Of a DNA stretch of 64,000 nucleotides, positions 62,565 through 64,000 are shown one piece after another. Position numbers and translations under genes: made by a program. How positions within the stretch are numbered: the stretch's first letter is position 1; each line of letters starts with the position of its first letter. This DNA comes from an uncultured Alphaproteobacteria bacterium (lineage in GTDB: Bacteria; Pseudomonadota; Alphaproteobacteria; Methylaequorales; Methylaequoraceae): contig CABYVV010000003.1 in NCBI GenBank assembly GCA_902522465.1, positions 2,262 through 66,261 of the forward strand, written 5' to 3'. Below the pieces are notes generated by a model, which ran no database searches, was not told the origin of the DNA, and was given only the letters and a program-made list of their open reading frames with translations.

Positions 62565-63122
62565 TTATATTTTTTTTAGAAAATAAAACTTAGAGTTTGA
62601 AATTATTTTTGATTTCAAAATATCGAATCCGTTTATTACTTTAATTCTTTCTGTTTTTGCTAATTCTAAGACACCTAAAGAACTTGTGCTAAGAAAGTTA
62701 TGGATCCTTTTTGAAAGTAAATCAGTATCAAAACTGTTATAAGGAGGATCACAAAAAAAAATGTTTGCACTAAAATCATCAAACTGATTTTTATATTGCA
62801 TAATGTTGATTTTTAAAATTTCAGTTTGTCTCTCTAAATTTAACTTTCTACAATTCATCTTGCAAATATTTAATGCTTGATCAGAATTATCGATAAAAAT
62901 AGATTTTTTTACACCTCTTGATAAAGCTTCAATTCCTAATGATCCTGTTCCACAAAAAAGATCAATAACAACGTAATCTGAAAAATTTTTATTTTGTTTT
63001 ATTATATATGAGTTTAATGTATTAAAAATCATTTCTCTTGCTCTATTGGATGTTGGACGTATAAACAACCCTTTTGGTGTAATAAGATTACTTCCCTTAA
63101 ATTTTCCTGAAATGATCTTCAT
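62565..63122 (-). CDS. rsmD: 16S rRNA (guanine966-N2)-methyltransferase
   Basis: IISGKFKG...RPTSNRARE, DLFCGTGSLGIEALSRG and the DPPY motif. Confidence 0.88.
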   Translation of the reverse strand: MKIISGKFKGSNLITPKGLFIRPTSNRAREMIFNTLNSYIIKQNKNFSDYVVIDLFCGTGSLGIEALSRGVKKSIFIDNSDQALNICKMNCRKLNLERQTEILKINIMQYKNQFDDFSANIFFCDPPYNSFDTDLLSKRIHNFLSTSSLGVLELAKTERIKVINGFDILKSKIISNSKFYFLKKI

Positions 63123-63849
63123 GTTTAAATTTTATAGAAATCAATTTTTTTTTTAATTTAAGGTTATTAATTTCGAATAATTTTCCAATTTTTAATTTAT
63201 TTAAATTAAATGGACCAAAATTTGTTCTCGTTAATTTTTTTACTTTTAGGTCAAAATAATTAAGAATTTTCCTTATTTCTCTATTTTTTCCCTCAAATAA
63301 TTTCACCTTAATAATATTGTAATCTTTTTTTTGTTCGAAGGGTTTTATTATTACATCTCTATAAATAATTCCATTGATTATTAATGGGTTAGTAATTTTT
63401 TTATCTAGATCATTTGGGATCGCTCCAGAAACCTTTACAATGTATTGTCTTTCTATTTTATTAACAGGATCTTCTAGGAAACTGGATAATGAAGGATTGT
63501 TTGTTAAGATTATAAGACCATCAGTATTTATATCAAGTCTTCCAACGCTTACAACTCTTGGAAAATGATCAGGAACTAATCTAAAAAGACTCTTTTGTCC
63601 AAATTGTTCATTATTTGAACACACATAACCAACCGGTTTATTGAGTATCCATACTTTTGTTTCCTTTTTTGTTAAAGGTTTATTTTTGACTTTGATTGTA
63701 TCAATCAAGTCTCTACAAATATAAAATTCTTTGAAAACTTTATTATTTATCTTAACATCACCATTTAAAATTAGTTTCTCAGCATTTTTTCTAGAACAAA
63801 ATCCATAGTGAGAAATTAATTTTGCAATTCTAATTTGTTTATTTTTCAA
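63097..63849 (-). CDS. rluB: rRNA pseudouridine synthase, RsuA/RluB family
   Basis: TTG start. S4 domain (RIAKLISHYGFCSRKNAEKLI) and the catalytic motif VGRLDINTDGLIILTN. Confidence 0.82.
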   Translation of the reverse strand: MKNKQIRIAKLISHYGFCSRKNAEKLILNGDVKINNKVFKEFYICRDLIDTIKVKNKPLTKKETKVWILNKPVGYVCSNNEQFGQKSLFRLVPDHFPRVVSVGRLDINTDGLIILTNNPSLSSFLEDPVNKIERQYIVKVSGAIPNDLDKKITNPLIINGIIYRDVIIKPFEQKKDYNIIKVKLFEGKNREIRKILNYFDLKVKKLTRTNFGPFNLNKLKIGKLFEINNLKLKKKLISIKFKHEDHFRKI

Positions 63850-64000
63850 TTTTCTTCTTTGATGATTTAATAAATGATTTAAAAATAGTTATGTCATTCT
63901 TATCGATTAAGAATTCTGGATGCCACTGAACACCAATACAAAAATCATTTGATTTTGATTCAATTCCTTCAATAATTCCATCTTCAGAAAAAGCAGAAGA
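63839..64000 (-). CDS. class I glutamine amidotransferase / peptidase C26 (PuuD-like) protein, C-terminal 53 codons (5' end outside the window)
   Basis: My own translation of the minus strand from the window edge is SSAFSEDGIIEGIESKSNDFCIGVQWHPEFLIDKNDITIFKSFIKSSKKKIEK*. GVQWHPE is the GATase1/C26 His-Glu motif. The stop at 63841-63839 overlaps the rluB start. Confidence 0.6.
   Translation of the reverse strand, partial: SSAFSEDGIIEGIESKSNDFCIGVQWHPEFLIDKNDITIFKSFIKSSKKKIEK

Overview
This window is a very AT-rich, extremely gene-dense stretch of core chromosome. I support 70 protein-coding genes. I found no rRNA, tRNA, CRISPR array, transposase, prophage or other mobile element. Spacers are tiny: many same-strand neighbours overlap by 1 to 29 nt, often as ATGA, and four of six convergent gene pairs share overlapping stop codons.

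Gene content and order are classic alphaproteobacterial housekeeping:
- lysA-ftsEX-ydcF-plsC
- tyrA-hisC, divergent from metXW
- phbAB
- rplU-rpmA-obg-proBA-nadD-rsfS-rlmH-gpmI-envC-like-ctpA-rppH
- atpHAGDC and priA
- DUF484-xerC
- a 21-gene minus-strand run: ffh-rpsP-rimM-trmD-rplS-leuCDB-asd-maoC-sdhCDAB-zapE-nadAC-mdh-sucCD-ACT
- dapF-mtaB-ftsY
- ribF-ileS-lspA, two lipoproteins, an M16 peptidase pair, pgi and mutL
- rsmD and rluB

Base composition, streamlining and synteny fit a SAR11/Pelagibacterales-like genome. That is an inference, since no search was run.

I do not see an accessory or defence island, and I cannot honestly claim a new multi-gene system here. The observations most worth follow-up are:
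1. An FtsE homologue whose ATP-hydrolysis motifs are all substituted (LSGGQ to LSNSQ, catalytic Glu to Gln, switch His to Asn), while FtsX and an EnvC-like partner are retained.
2. A 265-aa ribosomal protein S16 carrying a roughly 180-aa K/E/T/Q-rich tail with three 63-bp tandem repeats. L19 and L21 have smaller tails of similar composition.
3. rimM has no ATG/GTG/TTG start, but does have a strong AAGGAG 9 nt upstream of an ATA codon.
4. A terminator-like GC-rich hairpin plus T7 tract lies about 16 nt upstream of the ffh start.
5. Two overlapping lipoprotein genes of unknown function sit right after lspA.
6. A tandem-ACT protein is coupled to sucD, and a double hot-dog MaoC hydratase is coupled to sdhC.
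7. Genome-architecture oddities: shared convergent stops, no room for terminators, and 12 to 14 nt poly-A tracts inside essential genes.
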